A stretch of 49,171 nt of DNA. Source: Bacteroidota bacterium. Lineage in GTDB: Bacteria; Bacteroidota; Bacteroidia; Flavobacteriales; Flavobacteriaceae. A program made the translations under genes and the position numbers. Below the pieces are notes generated by a model that was not told the origin of the DNA, ran no database searches, and worked only from the letters and a program-made list of their open reading frames with translations. How positions within the stretch are numbered: the first letter of the stretch is position 1; the number at the start of each line of letters is the position of its first letter. The stretch covers positions 1 through 49,171 of the forward strand of contig JAKLIC010000001.1 in assembly GCA_022709825.1 (NCBI GenBank). The letters are read 5' to 3'. Shown here piece by piece: positions 47,433-49,171 of the stretch.

Positions 47433-49171
47433 TTATCTTGTTAGGTACAAATATCCAGATTTATTTACAACATCTCCATCAAATGTAGTATACTGAATGA
47501 TATAGAAATAGGTTCCGGTTGGTAATTCAGCAGACTTATTAACTGTCGCTCTACCTTCAGAAACACCTCGGAATGCTTTGGAACTATTATCATAGTTCTG
47601 AACATCATACACTAACACGCCCCAACGGTTATAGATTTCAACTGAATTACTCGAATAGCATTCAGTATTTTCAATGTTTTCAATATTGAAAAATTCATTC
47701 AAGCCATCTCCATTTGGAGACATCGCATTATAAATATTAATAGCATTACAAGGGAATGGAATACAATCATCATTTACATTCATTGTAACTTCATATATTC
47801 TTGGACAAGAACCTTCAGTAATTTCATATCTAAAGATGTAATTTCCAATAGCCGTTACTAGAGTTGGTGTAAAGATATTATTATTTAATGCACCAGTATT
47901 ATTTACATCAATCCAAGTTCCACCTGTAGTCCCTGTTGGTAATAATGTATTAAGATCAATAGGAGTACTGTCTCCAATACAAGATACACTAGAAATTGGT
48001 GTAAAACTATCTTGAATTGTTACATTAATAGTTTGTGTAAAGGTTGATAAATTACCACAACTATCATAAGCTTCCCAAGTTCTTACTATTGTATAAGAAG
48101 TAGCTGATTCATTTACGGTCTCCTCACTGAATGTTACTCCACCTACTGTAGAACAAGCGTCTGTAAAGGTTAAATCAGGACTTGCAGGAATAGTGTCACA
48201 AGTAACACTAATGTTTTCATCATAAGCTGAGGATACTGGTCCTGTTGTATCTTGAACAATAATTATTTGTTCGTGTGATACGCTATTTCCACATAAATCT
48301 GTTGCTGTCCATGTTCTTGTGATAACAAAATCTCCGGTACATTCACCTTGAACAATTGCCTCTGTATAAGTAACTGTTGCGTCTCCACAACTATCTGTTG
48401 CAGTTAATGTTGCTGCAACAGGAATATTACTACATTCAGCTGAAGTATCTTGCGGTAATGTTTCTACAAAAGTAGGAGCAGTAGTATCCTGAACAGTGAT
48501 AGTTTGAACGTGAGTTGTTACGTTGTTACAAGCGTCAGTAGCTGTCCAAGTTCTGGTGATAGTATAAGCACCAGGACAAGATCCTTGAGCGATAGCCTCT
48601 TCAAAAGTAACGTTAGCCTCACCACAATTATCAGTAGCTGTTAAAGTAGCGGCTGTTGGTACAGCATCACATTGAACAGTTGAGTCTGTTGGAAGAGCTT
48701 CTACAAAAGTAGGAGCGGTAGTATCCTGAACAGTGATAGTTTGCACATGAGCTGTTACGTTGTTACAAGCGTCCGTAGCTGTCCAAGTTCTGGTGATAGT
48801 ATAAGCACCAGGACAAGAGCCTTGAGCGATTGACTCAGCGAAAGTTACAGCAGCAGTACCACAATTATCAGTAGCTGTTAAAGTAGCGGCTGTTGGTACA
48901 GCATCACATTGAACAGTTGAGTCTGTTGGAAGAGCTTCTACAAAAGTAGGAGCGGTAGTATCCTGAACAGTGATAGTTTGCACATGAGCTGTTACGTTGT
49001 TACAAGCGTCCGTAGCTGTCCAAGTTCTGGTGATAGTATAAGCACCAGGACAAGAGCCTTGAGCGATTGACTCAGCGAAAGTTACAGCAGCAGTACCACA
49101 ATTGTCAGTAGCTGTTAAAGTAGCGGCTGTTGGTACAGCATCACATTGAACAGTTGAGTCTGTTGGAAGAG
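47433..49171 (-). CDS. Large Cys-rich repeat surface protein/adhesin with type-B T9SS C-terminal domain (5' truncated)
   Basis: CTD NAMSPNGDGLNE..IYNRWG..GTYFY..GYLYLTR; HYR-like DTTAP repeats; frame open to the window end. Confidence 0.92.
   Translation of the reverse strand, partial: LPTDSTVQCDAVPTAATLTATDNCGTAAVTFAESIAQGSCPGAYTITRTWTATDACNNVTAHVQTITVQDTTAPTFVEALPTDSTVQCDAVPTAATLTATDNCGTAAVTFAESIAQGSCPGAYTITRTWTATDACNNVTAHVQTITVQDTTAPTFVEALPTDSTVQCDAVPTAATLTATDNCGEANVTFEEAIAQGSCPGAYTITRTWTATDACNNVTTHVQTITVQDTTAPTFVETLPQDTSAECSNIPVAATLTATDSCGDATVTYTEAIVQGECTGDFVITRTWTATDLCGNSVSHEQIIIVQDTTGPVSSAYDENISVTCDTIPASPDLTFTDACSTVGGVTFSEETVNESATSYTIVRTWEAYDSCGNLSTFTQTINVTIQDSFTPISSVSCIGDSTPIDLNTLLPTGTTGGTWIDVNNTGALNNNIFTPTLVTAIGNYIFRYEITEGSCPRIYEVTMNVNDDCIPFPCNAINIYNAMSPNGDGLNEFFNIENIENTECYSSNSVEIYNRWGVLVYDVQNYDNSSKAFRGVSEGRATVNKSAELPTGTYFYIIQYTTFDGDVVNKSGYLYLTR
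48020..49171 (-). repeat. 237-bp (79-aa) tandem coding repeats, at least 5 units
   Basis: DTT codons start at 48962, 48725, 48488 and 48251. Upstream copies are near-identical; downstream copies diverge. Confidence 0.95.

Overview
AT-rich chromosomal segment of a Flavobacteriaceae bacterium, most likely Flavobacterium. This is inferred from TAnnTTTG -7 promoters, T9SS C-terminal sorting domains, PorP/SprF and gene order. It is mostly housekeeping: carB 3' part, aroK, split transketolase, tgt, lptF/G-family gene, accA, dnaB, thrS-infC-rpmI-rplT, grpE-dnaJ, ABC systems, tRNA-Lys x2 and tRNA-Leu. Accessory loci: a T9SS-secreted CotH kinase, an active/inactive pair of exported transglutaminase-like proteins, a carotenoid cluster (crtI-crtB-crtZ) beside a CarH-like B12 regulator, a complete cyanophycin cluster (cphA / cphB-iaaA), and a type-B T9SS repeat adhesin-porP-ompA locus cut by the window end. 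No transposase, integrase, phage gene or CRISPR array was seen. The most interesting signals are non-coding or structural: a candidate ~70-nt sRNA after dnaJ with an anti-start-codon seed, a structured RNA between rpmI and rplT, a sigma54-like element overlapping a housekeeping promoter at grpE near an HTH-less sigma54 activator, an SSB-like C-terminal tail on DnaB, a tRNA 3'-end duplication, 7-bp periodic intergenic tracts, a stand-alone half DEAD-box protein, and TGT/DnaJ variants lacking zinc ligands. All family calls are by motif recognition; no database search was run.
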